From NCBI GenBank assembly GCA_029239235.1, contig JAQZBD010000010.1:3716-67715 (forward strand): a stretch of DNA of 64,000 nucleotides, read 5' to 3'. Shown here piece after piece: positions 27,275 through 36,527 of this stretch. A model generated the notes under the pieces. That model was not told the DNA's origin. It worked only from the letters and a program-made list of their open reading frames with translations, and did not search any database. The position numbers and the translations under genes were made by a program. The stretch's first letter is position 1, and each line of letters opens with the position of its first letter. The stretch is from Herbinix sp. (GTDB lineage Bacteria > Bacillota > Clostridia > Lachnospirales > Lachnospiraceae).

Positions 27275-28990
27275 CTAGGCTCTAGGGCTTTCCGCCCGCA
27301 GCTCTATAAATAAATTATATATGTCCAAAATACCATAGCCCCAGTCCTGATTAGGGTAGGTAAGATTGGGATTTCGCCTTGCTCCCCGGATTAGCAGCTT
27401 CTTAACCTCTGGGGTATCTATTCCCAGATAGTTCCCCCGCACAATCCCCCACTCCAATACCATGGCTGCAATTCCTGTTGTATGGGCAGCTGCTATACTT
27501 GTTCCGGTAACCATAGTAAATCCCCGATCCAGGGTTGGTGCCATAATATTAACACCCGGAGCAGCAAGCTCTGGCTTTATGATATTGGTACTGGTGTAGC
27601 CCCTGCTTGCATTCGTATATAAATTGTTATTATCCGGATTATAAGCGGTTACTGTAATAGGCTCCTGTACATTTCCCGGAACCGTAATTGTCGTATAGGG
27701 ATTCGATTGCGTAAAATAGGTATTATCGGATATAAATCCGGATATCGGAAGCCACACATGAAAGGCTCCTCTCAAATCACCTCTGCCATAAACCTGAAAC
27801 CTCCAGATTCCAGCGGTTGGTTTTCGAAAACGGAATACGATAACCTGTTCCCCTGTCGTCCCTTCCACCAACTGATAATCCAAAGTAATCTGGGTTTGCT
27901 CAAAAACAAAGGATATCTCCCTGCTCACCCTAAGGGTAGGTGTGATTCTTGGGACATATTCCCCCGTAGGTGATAATATATCTACCGAATAAATGCTGGG
28001 AATCCTTCCCCACAGCTCCATGATAAAGCCCAGCTCATTATCACCTACATTCAGCTCCATGGTTGAATAGCCTATGGTTGGATCTATCTCCGCAAAGAAA
28101 TGTCTTCTAGCCGTTCCTTCATTCCCCGCCGCAATATTAAATACCACTCCTGGAAAATTGCCTCCTACGGTTAATAGATTTCCCAGATTTCCTCTACCGG
28201 TATGACTGCCTAAGGAATTACCAATTCCAAGGCAGATCGATACTGGTTTACCCTGCCTTCTCGCCATATCAACCACATACTGAATTGCCCACATGACATC
28301 ATTTTCCTGATAGCAGGGTACCCCTGGCGGGACAACATAAAAATTACGCAAAATTTCTTTTATCTGCTTTAGTTTAACTACTATAATCTCTGAATCCGGA
28401 GCAACTCCGCTAAAATTCTGATCCGGCACCTCTCCTCCTGCCGCCACACCAGCCAATATGGTTCCATGCCCGATCTCGTCTCTGCTAGGAACAATTTCTA
28501 AAGGATTTTCACTTTGAAGAGCTCTATTAATTTCTTCTGCAGAATACTGAGTTCCATACCAAAAACCCTGCGGAAAATTTGGACTGTCAATACTCTGATC
28601 CCAGATGGATATAATTCTTGTTGTTCCGTCTGCATTTTGAAATATCGGATTCATATAATCAATACCGGTGTCAATGATTGCTACGATAGTACCCTGCCCC
28701 CTAAGATTCAACGTAGGCACTCTTCGGACACGATTCACACCGGAGGCCTCCAGGCTTCGGGTAGAGGTTAACCCAAAGTAAGAGGGTATGATGGAATAAC
28801 CAAACTCGCTAATGGTATTGACTGTCAGCTCGGAGGCAGGCATATATGCTACTGCATATCGTAAATTCATAATTTGGAACGTTGCATTAGGAAAGCTAGC
28901 AAAGATAGCTTCATTTCCGCTATAATCTATTATGAAATCCACAAAATCATTGCTGATAATTTTATATCTTTCTTCTGCGGTCATATCCAT
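27275..28990 (-). CDS. S8 (subtilisin-like) serine peptidase without a signal peptide, Csp-like; paralog 1
   Basis: A 571-aa ORF with the catalytic triad in context: VAIIDTGIDY (Asp), IGHGTILAGVAAG (His), VTGTSIAAAHTTGIAA (Ser). The N-terminus is non-secretory. It is collinear with and similar to the adjacent paralog. Confidence 0.85.
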   Translation of the reverse strand: MDMTAEERYKIISNDFVDFIIDYSGNEAIFASFPNATFQIMNLRYAVAYMPASELTVNTISEFGYSIIPSYFGLTSTRSLEASGVNRVRRVPTLNLRGQGTIVAIIDTGIDYMNPIFQNADGTTRIISIWDQSIDSPNFPQGFWYGTQYSAEEINRALQSENPLEIVPSRDEIGHGTILAGVAAGGEVPDQNFSGVAPDSEIIVVKLKQIKEILRNFYVVPPGVPCYQENDVMWAIQYVVDMARRQGKPVSICLGIGNSLGSHTGRGNLGNLLTVGGNFPGVVFNIAAGNEGTARRHFFAEIDPTIGYSTMELNVGDNELGFIMELWGRIPSIYSVDILSPTGEYVPRITPTLRVSREISFVFEQTQITLDYQLVEGTTGEQVIVFRFRKPTAGIWRFQVYGRGDLRGAFHVWLPISGFISDNTYFTQSNPYTTITVPGNVQEPITVTAYNPDNNNLYTNASRGYTSTNIIKPELAAPGVNIMAPTLDRGFTMVTGTSIAAAHTTGIAAMVLEWGIVRGNYLGIDTPEVKKLLIRGARRNPNLTYPNQDWGYGILDIYNLFIELRAESPRA

Positions 28991-29001
28991 GCCCCTCCCT
29001 T

Positions 29002-30717
29002 CTATTGTGAAGAACGCAGGATATCGAAGATATTAAATGCATCCAAAATTCCATATCCCCAATCTCTATTTGGGTATGTAATGTCAATATCTCTTCGAGC
29101 TCCCCGAATCATAAATATTTTCATGTCGACTGAATTCATATTTGGCTGTCTTCCCATAACAACTGCCCATTCCAGTAAGAGAGCCGCTATTCCTGTTGTA
29201 TGCGCTGCTGCTGCACTGGTTCCAGTGACAGCTAAAAATCCCTGATCTATAGAGGGAGCTATAATATTTACCCCAGGAGCTGCTACCTCCGGCTTAATTG
29301 TACCAATTCTACTGAACCCCCTGCTTGCCGAGACATACAGGCTGTCATCCACCGAATTATAGGCTGTAACTGTAATGGGTATTTCGGAATTACCTAAGGA
29401 TTGAATTGTAATATAAGGATCAGAACGGAGGAAGAAGGTATTATCTGAGATAAAACCTGTCATTGGGAGCCATATATTAAAGCCAACATTCAAATCCGCC
29501 CTGCCATAGACATTGAATTTCCAGATGCCCTGGGATGGTCTTCGAAAACGCATGAAGATCAGCTGGTCAGAGCTTTGAGACTCGACCATCTGATAATCGA
29601 TGACAATTACAGTTTCTTCAAATATAAAGGAAATTGTCCGGGTCTCATCAAGGACTGGGATGATTCGAGGAACAAACTCACCGGAGGGTGACTGTATATC
29701 GATGGAAAACACTCCCGGAGAATCCCCCCAAAGCTCCATACTAAAGCCTGTTTCTCCCTCTCCAACTGACAATTCAACTGTATCATATCCGGTTGCAGAA
29801 TTTATTCTCCCATAATAGTGTCTTCTGGCATTTCCCTCATTACCCGCGGCTACGATCACACCAGTTCTCGGCCTCTGTGCCACCAAGGACAAATACCCGC
29901 TGAGTGTTCCCCTTCCATCATGTGCTCCAAAGGAGCTTCCCACTCCAATACAAATTGCTAGTGGTCTATTTAAACTAGCTGCAACGGAAGTCAGGTATTC
30001 TAATCCAAAAATAAGATCATTTTCCTGATAGCAGATCACATTTTCCGGAACAAGAAAAAACTGCTTTAAGTATCTTTTCGCTGGCTTTAGCTTAACCACC
30101 ACCAGCTCTGCCTCCGGGGCTACTCCATAGAAATTATTATCCGGCACCTCATTACCGGCGGCTATACCGGCAAGCATGGTACCATGGCCAATTACATCTG
30201 TTGTGGGCACAATCTCCAGAGGGTTCTCACTCTGCAGGGCCGTATTAATCTGTTCCCTATCATATTCAGTCCCATAGAAAGTATTGGGGGGGAAATGATG
30301 ATCATTGATGGTCTGATCCCAAATTGATACTATCTTTGTTGTATTATCCGCATTCTTAAATACCGGATTGGTATAATCAATTCCCGAATCTATAATGCCA
30401 ATTAAGACTCCTCTGCCTCTTAAATTCAGACTAGGGATATTTCGTAACCTCAAAATTCCCGACGCTTCTAAGCTCTCCCTGCTAATCATTCCATATAAGG
30501 TCGGCATTACGGCATATCCCAATTTTACAATGGTATTATCATTTATCTGAGTCACAGGAACATGTACGATTGCATCAAAAAAATTAATGAAATGCACCGT
30601 GGCATCCTGGAATTGTTGAAAGACAGTCTCATCCCCATTATAGTTGATGAGCAAATCCGCATAATCCTCGCTCATGATTCGCTGACGATCCTGCGGTGAC
30701 ATCTCATGGTTCATCAT
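29002..30717 (-). CDS. S8 (subtilisin-like) serine peptidase without a signal peptide, Csp-like; paralog 2
   Basis: A 571-aa ORF with IGIIDSGIDY, IGHGTMLAGIAAG and VTGTSAAAAHTTGIAA. It has the same length and motif order as 27275-28990, from which it is separated by 11 nt. Confidence 0.85.
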   Translation of the reverse strand: MMNHEMSPQDRQRIMSEDYADLLINYNGDETVFQQFQDATVHFINFFDAIVHVPVTQINDNTIVKLGYAVMPTLYGMISRESLEASGILRLRNIPSLNLRGRGVLIGIIDSGIDYTNPVFKNADNTTKIVSIWDQTINDHHFPPNTFYGTEYDREQINTALQSENPLEIVPTTDVIGHGTMLAGIAAGNEVPDNNFYGVAPEAELVVVKLKPAKRYLKQFFLVPENVICYQENDLIFGLEYLTSVAASLNRPLAICIGVGSSFGAHDGRGTLSGYLSLVAQRPRTGVIVAAGNEGNARRHYYGRINSATGYDTVELSVGEGETGFSMELWGDSPGVFSIDIQSPSGEFVPRIIPVLDETRTISFIFEETVIVIDYQMVESQSSDQLIFMRFRRPSQGIWKFNVYGRADLNVGFNIWLPMTGFISDNTFFLRSDPYITIQSLGNSEIPITVTAYNSVDDSLYVSASRGFSRIGTIKPEVAAPGVNIIAPSIDQGFLAVTGTSAAAAHTTGIAALLLEWAVVMGRQPNMNSVDMKIFMIRGARRDIDITYPNRDWGYGILDAFNIFDILRSSQ

Positions 30718-30801
30718 TCCAATTTACTTCCTTTGTTTTGTCAATTCATTATATGCGGAAGGCATAAATTATTATTCAATATACTGTACTCATCTTTTAT
30801 A

Positions 30802-30829
30802 CAAGTGAATCAGCTAACTGATTCACTTG
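30802..30829 (-). terminator. Strong hairpin downstream of rplT (terminator-like)
   Basis: caagtgaatcag-ctaa-ctgattcacttg, a 12-bp stem. There is no clean U-tract on the minus strand, so it may act as a terminator or as an RNA stabiliser. Confidence 0.5.
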
Positions 30830-30844
30830 CTATCATTAAATTTA

Positions 30845-31201
30845 TTAAGCTAACTTAGATTTAGCAACTTCTGCAAGGGATGCGAAGCCAGCTGCATCAT
30901 TGATAGCCATTTCAGAAAGCATCTTTCTGTTGATTTCGATATTAGCTAACTTTAATCCATACATTAATTTGCTGTAGGATAAGCCGTTCATTCTTGCTGC
31001 CGCATTGATTCTGGCAATCCATAACTGTCTGAACTGTCTTTTTCTTTCTTTTCTACCAGCGAAAGAAGATGTTAACGCTCTCATTACTGATTGCTTTGCA
31101 ACTCTATATTGTTTTGATCTGGCTCCTCTGTAACCTTTTGCCAGCTTTAAGACTTTATTATGTCTTTTCTTAGCGTTCATTCCGCCTTTGATTCTTGCCA
31201 T
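30845..31201 (-). CDS. rplT: 50S ribosomal protein L20
   Basis: A 118-aa [40 protein letters not shown] is a canonical L20 sequence. Confidence 0.97.
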   Translation of the reverse strand: MARIKGGMNAKKRHNKVLKLAKGYRGARSKQYRVAKQSVMRALTSSFAGRKERKRQFRQLWIARINAAARMNGLSYSKLMYGLKLANIEINRKMLSEMAINDAAGFASLAEVAKSKLA

Positions 31202-31228
31202 GTTCTATTCCTCCTTATCACCAATATC

Positions 31229-31426
31229 TTAAAGATATGGTAAGATTTTCTTCATGTTCTTAATGTTAGTCGCATCCGTCATAGTTGCTTTTCTGAGGTT
31301 TCTCTTTCTCTTAGCGGACTTCTTTGTTAAGATATGACTCTTGTAAGCCTTCATTCTCTTTAATTTTCCTGTTCCAGTTACTTTGAAACGCTTAGCTGCT
31401 GCGCTACTTGTTTTTAACTTCGGCAT
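31229..31426 (-). CDS. rpmI: 50S ribosomal protein L35
   Basis: A 65-aa [27 protein letters not shown] is a canonical L35 sequence. Confidence 0.97.
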   Translation of the reverse strand: MPKLKTSSAAAKRFKVTGTGKLKRMKAYKSHILTKKSAKRKRNLRKATMTDATNIKNMKKILPYL

Positions 31427-31510
31427 GATATTTCCTCCTTAATGATTGATACAGCCTGGTGGTATAGGAACTTGTCCTGAAACCTTCCGAATGCTGCCAT
31501 ATTTAGTATT

Positions 31511-32017
31511 TTAACGTTTTTCTGATAAGAACATAATCATACTTCTTCCTTCGAGCTTTGCCGGTTTGTCTACTACAGCGATATCCTCGAGCTTAGCATA
31601 GAAAGTATCCAGAATAACTTTAGAAGAAGATGTATGAGCCATCTCTCTGCCACGGAAACGTAATGCAACTTTAACTTTATCACCATTCGTTATAAACTTA
31701 CGTGCCTGGTTTGCCTTCGTATTTAAATCGTTATCATCAATATTTGGAGATAAACGTATTTCCTTCACTTCGGTAACCTTCTGTTTCTTTTTGGCTTCCT
31801 TATCTTTTCTCGCTAATTCGTATTTGTATTTACCGTAATCGATAATCTTGCAAACTGGTGGTTTCGCTGTCGGAGCAATTTTGACTAAGTCAAGATTGGC
31901 GTCCTTTGCTAATTTCATTGCATCTTTTGCAGACATAATACCAAGCTGCTCTCCGCTTTCACCAATCAGGCGAACTTCTTTGTCCCTGATCTGTTCATTA
32001 ATCATTAAATCGCTAAT
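31511..32017 (-). CDS. infC: translation initiation factor IF-3, probable ATT start
   Basis: INEQIRDKEVRLIGESGEQLGI ... KVALRFRGREMAH is a canonical IF-3 sequence. GGAGGTG lies 9 nt (counted from the GGAGG core) before the in-frame ATT at 32017. The first ATG (32005) is 21 nt from the SD. The ORF-track start at 32056 lies upstream of the SD. Confidence 0.9.
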   Translation of the reverse strand: MSDLMINEQIRDKEVRLIGESGEQLGIMSAKDAMKLAKDANLDLVKIAPTAKPPVCKIIDYGKYKYELARKDKEAKKKQKVTEVKEIRLSPNIDDNDLNTKANQARKFITNGDKVKVALRFRGREMAHTSSSKVILDTFYAKLEDIAVVDKPAKLEGRSMIMFLSEKR

Positions 32018-32160
32018 AGTACTGCACCTCCATAGGTTATATACAAGAGATATCATCTCTTCGATTCCCTTGTCATAAATTAATATGTTACCGGGACTTA
32101 CTGCATTCCTGCAGATCTTGTGAATTTTCTTTCACCTCTATCATGCAAGTGTCATTGCAT

Positions 32161-32191
32161 TAAAAAAGGTGGATAATAAGATTATCCACCT
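32161..32191 (-). terminator. Rho-independent terminator upstream of the infC leader
   Basis: aggtggataat-aag-attatccacct (32167-32191). On the minus strand it is followed by tttttta. Confidence 0.8.
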
Positions 32192-32197
32192 GCAAGC

Positions 32198-32479
32198 TCA
32201 ATCACATATTATCTTTTCATTAGATAATATTCCGTATGCTTTAACCCGGTCACGATAAACATTGTTTATGCTATGGGTGAGAGATGGATTCTCTTCTTCG
32301 TCATGTAAATATTGCCACGCAATACTCACAGCTAAATCATTGTAACATAGTATCAAAATATTGTCAACGGTATTTTCTAATAAATCATTATGATTTTTGA
32401 CATTTTTGACGCTTTGAATCATAATATAAACTTTGTGATTTCTGCTTGCCAGCCTAATTAACTTACCCTCTTTTTGCAA
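32198..32479 (-). CDS. hypothetical small protein (uncertain whether real)
   Basis: A 93-aa ORF that overlaps the end of the ECF S-component gene by 17 nt. Its stop lies 7 nt before a strong terminator. No recognisable motifs. Confidence 0.35.
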   Translation of the reverse strand: MQKEGKLIRLASRNHKVYIMIQSVKNVKNHNDLLENTVDNILILCYNDLAVSIAWQYLHDEEENPSLTHSINNVYRDRVKAYGILSNEKIICD

Positions 32480-33074
32480 AAATATCTAAAGCTTTAGAAA
32501 TGGCTCCGCCTGCCACCAAATTAACACCTGCTTCAATCAGAAAATTAAAACTAACTAAAGCAATGACAAAAGTAAGCGCATTCGTCGCTCCGGTCGTTGA
32601 TACCATACCTTGAATAAAATCAGTATTATAAAAAAACAGCACCAAAGTTGACATAAACAATATTGTATTAAGTAAAGATCCGGTGAAACATGTCACTGCA
32701 TAAGAAAACACCTTGGTTTTATCTACCTTTTTCAAAAGCACAAACAAAATTCCAGACAGCCACCCCATTAAAATACGAGGCACCAGACATAAGATAAAGG
32801 TCAATATTGGATTTATACCCAGTAAGGCTACACCAAAAGGATCTATGCCAAAGCACTGGATAAAGCTCGTAATACCAAATACACCGCCAAGAATTGCTCC
32901 GCTTGTCGGTCCAAGTACAATAGCACCTACGGTAACCGGAATTACAATGAGTGAAATACTAAGAGCCGGGGTTCTAATATACCCAATTGGTGTAAAAGCC
33001 ATAAGAATAATAATTGCAGTAAATAATGCCAGTTGCACCATCCTCATGGTGCGAAAGTTAGTTGTTGTATTCAT
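32463..33074 (-). CDS. ECF transporter S component (substrate-capture subunit; substrate unknown)
   Basis: About 200 aa with six TM segments and a Gly-rich, RibU/PanT-like pattern (LIVIPVTVGAIVLGPTSGAILGGVFG). GGAGG lies 5 nt before the ATG at 33074. The ORF-track ATG at 33086 is itself part of that SD. Confidence 0.8.
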   Translation of the reverse strand: MNTTTNFRTMRMVQLALFTAIIILMAFTPIGYIRTPALSISLIVIPVTVGAIVLGPTSGAILGGVFGITSFIQCFGIDPFGVALLGINPILTFILCLVPRILMGWLSGILFVLLKKVDKTKVFSYAVTCFTGSLLNTILFMSTLVLFFYNTDFIQGMVSTTGATNALTFVIALVSFNFLIEAGVNLVAGGAISKALDIFAKRG

Positions 33075-33210
33075 ATTTTCCTCCATTCTGCCGCTTCGCG
33101 GCGACCAATATGCAACTCGCTACTTTGTAGTATTGGACAAATTGCTTCTGAATAATATAATCTTCAACAATATGGCTTATCTAGCCCATTAATTACCTTG
33201 CTTTTGGACA

Positions 33211-33320
33211 ATAAAAAAACACCTAAGCCAAGAATACCGATCTTGAAATGATCCTGGGGCAGGTGCTACGAGATTAGTGTGTTAAGCAGCCTCACGGCTA
33301 AATGGGTCGTTACTAATCGT
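33211..33320 (-). promoter_or_regulatory. Structured leader with terminator-like 3' hairpin upstream of the ECF S-component gene (possible riboswitch, class not recognised)
   Basis: On the minus strand, the P1-like stem acgattagt pairs with actaatc(tc)gt and encloses agcc-GUGA-ggcu (a GNRA tetraloop). This is followed by cacctgcc...caaga-tcggtat-tcttg-gcttaggtg and a T7 run. It sits about 130 nt before the start codon. Confidence 0.35.
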
Positions 33321-33577
33321 TTATTAAACTAAATAAGCTTTATGTTAGAAAAACCTTTTTAGTTCTTGCCTTCCATTCCTATTGGTCAAGACTATGTATT
33401 CGGTAATTCATATGAATCCTTGCCATACCATGCTTTCTTCTTTTAGCCCCTAAGGTACCTTAGAATCTGCATATTGGTATATTGACCAAATTAGTATGGA
33501 TCTATGATACATGAATATTGTTTATTATTCAGTTGTATCTGTATCATAAATGATTCAAACACAAAAATCAATAGTTA

Positions 33578-33973
33578 TTAAATTGAAATATTTATTTCTC
33601 TTTTCCTGATATAAACCAGGGCATCATTTCTTGTTGTGAATCTCATGATCGGAACACCATGATATCCATCATTTTGAACCTCCTTTTCCAGACGTTTTAG
33701 TTGCATCTGGGTTACTGTTCGCTTATGAACTACAGCAATTCTCTCTGTTTTAAGAACACATTCCCTTGTGATGTTTTTCATAAGTCTTGCATTCTCTTGT
33801 GATAAAGGATCCATTCTTTCAAGCAATGAAATCAATGCCATTGATTTTGGGGGAAATTGATTTAGAACATCATTAATTTCTTTATCAAATGAATCCAATT
33901 CCTCTCTTTCCATCTTGCCCTTGATTTCAAGCATAATTAACTTCTTCTCCTGGTCCACTTTAATTCGGTACAT
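33578..33973 (-). CDS. hypothetical protein (131 aa, soluble)
   Basis: A GAGGAG SD precedes the start. No motif recognised. It lies downstream of the CPBP pair on the same strand. Confidence 0.6.
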   Translation of the reverse strand: MYRIKVDQEKKLIMLEIKGKMEREELDSFDKEINDVLNQFPPKSMALISLLERMDPLSQENARLMKNITRECVLKTERIAVVHKRTVTQMQLKRLEKEVQNDGYHGVPIMRFTTRNDALVYIRKREINISI

Positions 33974-34106
33974 AATAGTTCACTCCTCGAGTATTTTACT
34001 AAAATAGGACTTAAAGCCTATTCCGAGGGGGATATTATGTTAGAATTGTGGCAAAAGAACGTCATTAGGTGTAAATTCCCAGTAATTCATTCAATTCATA
34101 TTCATT

Positions 34107-34916
34107 TTATAATTCTTTATCCTGATACTTGGTAATTATAAGAATATTTTGTAATTTAAGCACATTCATTGGTTTAATTGCAATAATTGCAGTGATTATG
34201 AGTATAAATCCTATGATCAACATGAAATAATAACTAAATGTCGACTCCGGAAGAAGCATCATTAAAAATGCACTCGCGTTTACCATCATATGGAGTAGAA
34301 TAGGTGCATAAATGGTCTGAAACTTTTGATTGATTAGTCCAAGGATAAATCCCAACCCAGCCGCATAAATTCCTTGAACAAAGTTACCATGATAAATTCC
34401 AAATAAGACCGCCTGCAAAATATTCGCTATTAAAAAGGGAACATACCTGTTAGCCATATGGAGCGTAACGCCACGAAAAATTAACTCTTCTGTGATTGGT
34501 GCAACGATTACTGTAACAAGCACCACTACAATAGGGCTACCCGATAAAATCGTACTTATTGTATTTCCGTATTCATTAAAAGCTTTTGGGAAGTACTCCG
34601 TTAATATACTAAGTATACCTGAAACAAATAATTGACAGCCCAGAGCCAGACAAACGAATTTATATATATTATTAATTTTAAGCACATGTGTTAGTTTTCC
34701 TCTGATTTCCCCGAAAACTTCAATACGATACCAGAATATAAATACAAAGCCACTACTCATTACTGCTAATGCAGAAAACAAATAGTTCACTTCCTCCGTA
34801 AGAGGCCTTGAAATTATTGTGTTCGCCATGGTTAAAACTGTGATTGCTATTAATTGTACTGCAATTGCTGCCAATGGCGGCATGATCGCTACCATACCCT
34901 TTAAGTATTTCTTCAT
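34107..34916 (-). CDS. CPBP (CAAX/Abi) family intramembrane glutamic endopeptidase
   Basis: Polytopic, with the motifs ITEELIFRGV, FGIYH and HMMVNA. Confidence 0.85.
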   Translation of the reverse strand: MKKYLKGMVAIMPPLAAIAVQLIAITVLTMANTIISRPLTEEVNYLFSALAVMSSGFVFIFWYRIEVFGEIRGKLTHVLKINNIYKFVCLALGCQLFVSGILSILTEYFPKAFNEYGNTISTILSGSPIVVVLVTVIVAPITEELIFRGVTLHMANRYVPFLIANILQAVLFGIYHGNFVQGIYAAGLGFILGLINQKFQTIYAPILLHMMVNASAFLMMLLPESTFSYYFMLIIGFILIITAIIAIKPMNVLKLQNILIITKYQDKEL

Positions 34917-34950
34917 TCTTCTATTATCAAGCCCCTTGTTAATTCATGGC

Positions 34951-35856
34951 TTATCCTTCACTTACTATATTTTTATTCCTTTGTCCGGTTAGTCCCACTT
35001 TGGAAACCCACCATAAACCAAGCGCTAGAATCATTCCTCCAAGCACCATATAACCAATGAACAAAATCATATTCTCCGGCATTATCATTACGTAGCTGAG
35101 TGCATTGAACATCATATGAAGAACGATCGAGGCTTTGATACTCTTAAATTTATAAGCAACATAGCCTAGGATCAAGCCGGCTGGAAATGTATATACGCTT
35201 TGCACAATATTCATATGAAAGATCGCGAATAAGATTGCCTGAATCAGAATAGCAGCACCTGCAGGTGCTATTTTCTGCGCCTTTTTCATGATAACACCTC
35301 GGAACATTAATTCCTCTGAAAATGGTGCCAATATCACTGTAGTAACAAATATAATAATTACATTCCCATACATAAACTCTTCCATCAGCTCATTATAATC
35401 TTCCATGATTTTTTCAAAATGAGGTAGAATCAATTCCATACAACTTCCAATGACAATCTGACACCCAAGAGCAACAAGTGCAAGGAAGAAAATATTTTTA
35501 AAGGTAAAAAGTCTGATTTCAACCTTTCTGAAAGGATTCCCACCTTCTCCAAACATATTCTCCTTTTGAAGCATGGAACGATACCAGAAAAAGAACAGAC
35601 AAATCCAGATTATTGGAATCAGTGCCGTAAATACATCCGTTAATGGCTGTATATATTCAATGATTTTATATCCCGAATATTCTAATAAGCTTAGCATCTC
35701 AAGGACGGTTCTATCCCTCGAAGGTGTAATGATGAAATAAGCACCATAAACACTCTGAAAATAGATAAAAACACTTACAATTCCAATATAAAAAGGAATC
35801 AACAATGCTACTACAGCCGGCCATAAAATAGCAAGAAATCCACGGATCTTACTCAT
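34951..35856 (-). CDS. CPBP (CAAX/Abi) family intramembrane glutamic endopeptidase
   Basis: Polytopic, with the motifs FSEELMFRGV, FAIFH and HMMFNA. GAGGAG SD. Confidence 0.85.
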   Translation of the reverse strand: MSKIRGFLAILWPAVVALLIPFYIGIVSVFIYFQSVYGAYFIITPSRDRTVLEMLSLLEYSGYKIIEYIQPLTDVFTALIPIIWICLFFFWYRSMLQKENMFGEGGNPFRKVEIRLFTFKNIFFLALVALGCQIVIGSCMELILPHFEKIMEDYNELMEEFMYGNVIIIFVTTVILAPFSEELMFRGVIMKKAQKIAPAGAAILIQAILFAIFHMNIVQSVYTFPAGLILGYVAYKFKSIKASIVLHMMFNALSYVMIMPENMILFIGYMVLGGMILALGLWWVSKVGLTGQRNKNIVSEG

Positions 35857-35959
35857 AATTTCTCCTCATCTCTTTGTCATATATAATGTCTTACTATACA
35901 GCACCTACAGAAAAAATACCAGTTGAATATCATCTTAATCTTACTTTAATTTTAATAAC

Positions 35960-36205
35960 TCACAATTCTGATATATTCGTCAAATCAACATATATAATAA
36001 TAAAAATCAAAGCTGCGCCAATAAAACATATTCCTATCTTACCACCAATCATATATTGGTCTCCAGAAACAAAATATGGTAATACTATCGCTGCACAAGC
36101 ACAACCTACAAAAGATAGAGTCCCTCCCAGGAATGCCTTCTTCATCTTCTTCTTGCTTTTTCTTTTTAACATGTACAGTCTTCTCTCTTCTATCCTTGAT
36201 GTCAT
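35960..36205 (-). CDS. small membrane protein (81 aa; basic N-terminus, 2 TM)
   Basis: Lys-rich N-terminus followed by two hydrophobic segments. It lies in line with the CPBP genes. The start is uncertain (M1 or M12). Confidence 0.5.
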   Translation of the reverse strand: MTSRIEERRLYMLKRKSKKKMKKAFLGGTLSFVGCACAAIVLPYFVSGDQYMIGGKIGICFIGAALIFIIIYVDLTNISEL

Positions 36206-36215
36206 ATTTTTTTCA

Positions 36216-36527
36216 TCATATAACCTTATTTTTGAATTCGTAAAAAACTGATAAAATATAAATCACATCCCCTATTAATATAGTTATTAGTAAGGTATTT
36301 GGGTATGGAGTACTTTCAAAATTTTCTTTCTCTTTGAAATTAGGTACCTCTTTTGTTCTCATAAAATTCAATAACAATAGCATAAAAACACATAGCAAAA
36401 AGAAGAATTTATCCGTAATTCCACCCAATATGTCTAAACATCGAAATACAATTATCGATATGAAACAAATACTTGTGAATATAAATAGTAGATTATACTT
36501 CTTTCGTTCCATCATAGTTTTATTCAA
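36216..36527 (-). CDS. small membrane protein (103 aa, 3 TM)
   Basis: TTG start with a GAGGAG SD. It has three hydrophobic segments and is the first gene of the apparent CPBP operon. Confidence 0.5.
   Translation of the reverse strand: MNKTMMERKKYNLLFIFTSICFISIIVFRCLDILGGITDKFFFLLCVFMLLLLNFMRTKEVPNFKEKENFESTPYPNTLLITILIGDVIYILSVFYEFKNKVI

Noticed and set aside
35960-36205. The 81-aa ORF contains ...KKAFLGG followed by a hydrophobic peptide, reminiscent of a double-glycine bacteriocin leader
   Set aside because: The putative leader is strongly basic rather than showing the conserved acidic/hydrophobic LSxxELxxIxGG pattern. The rest looks like two ordinary TM helices, so a positive-inside membrane protein is the simpler reading.
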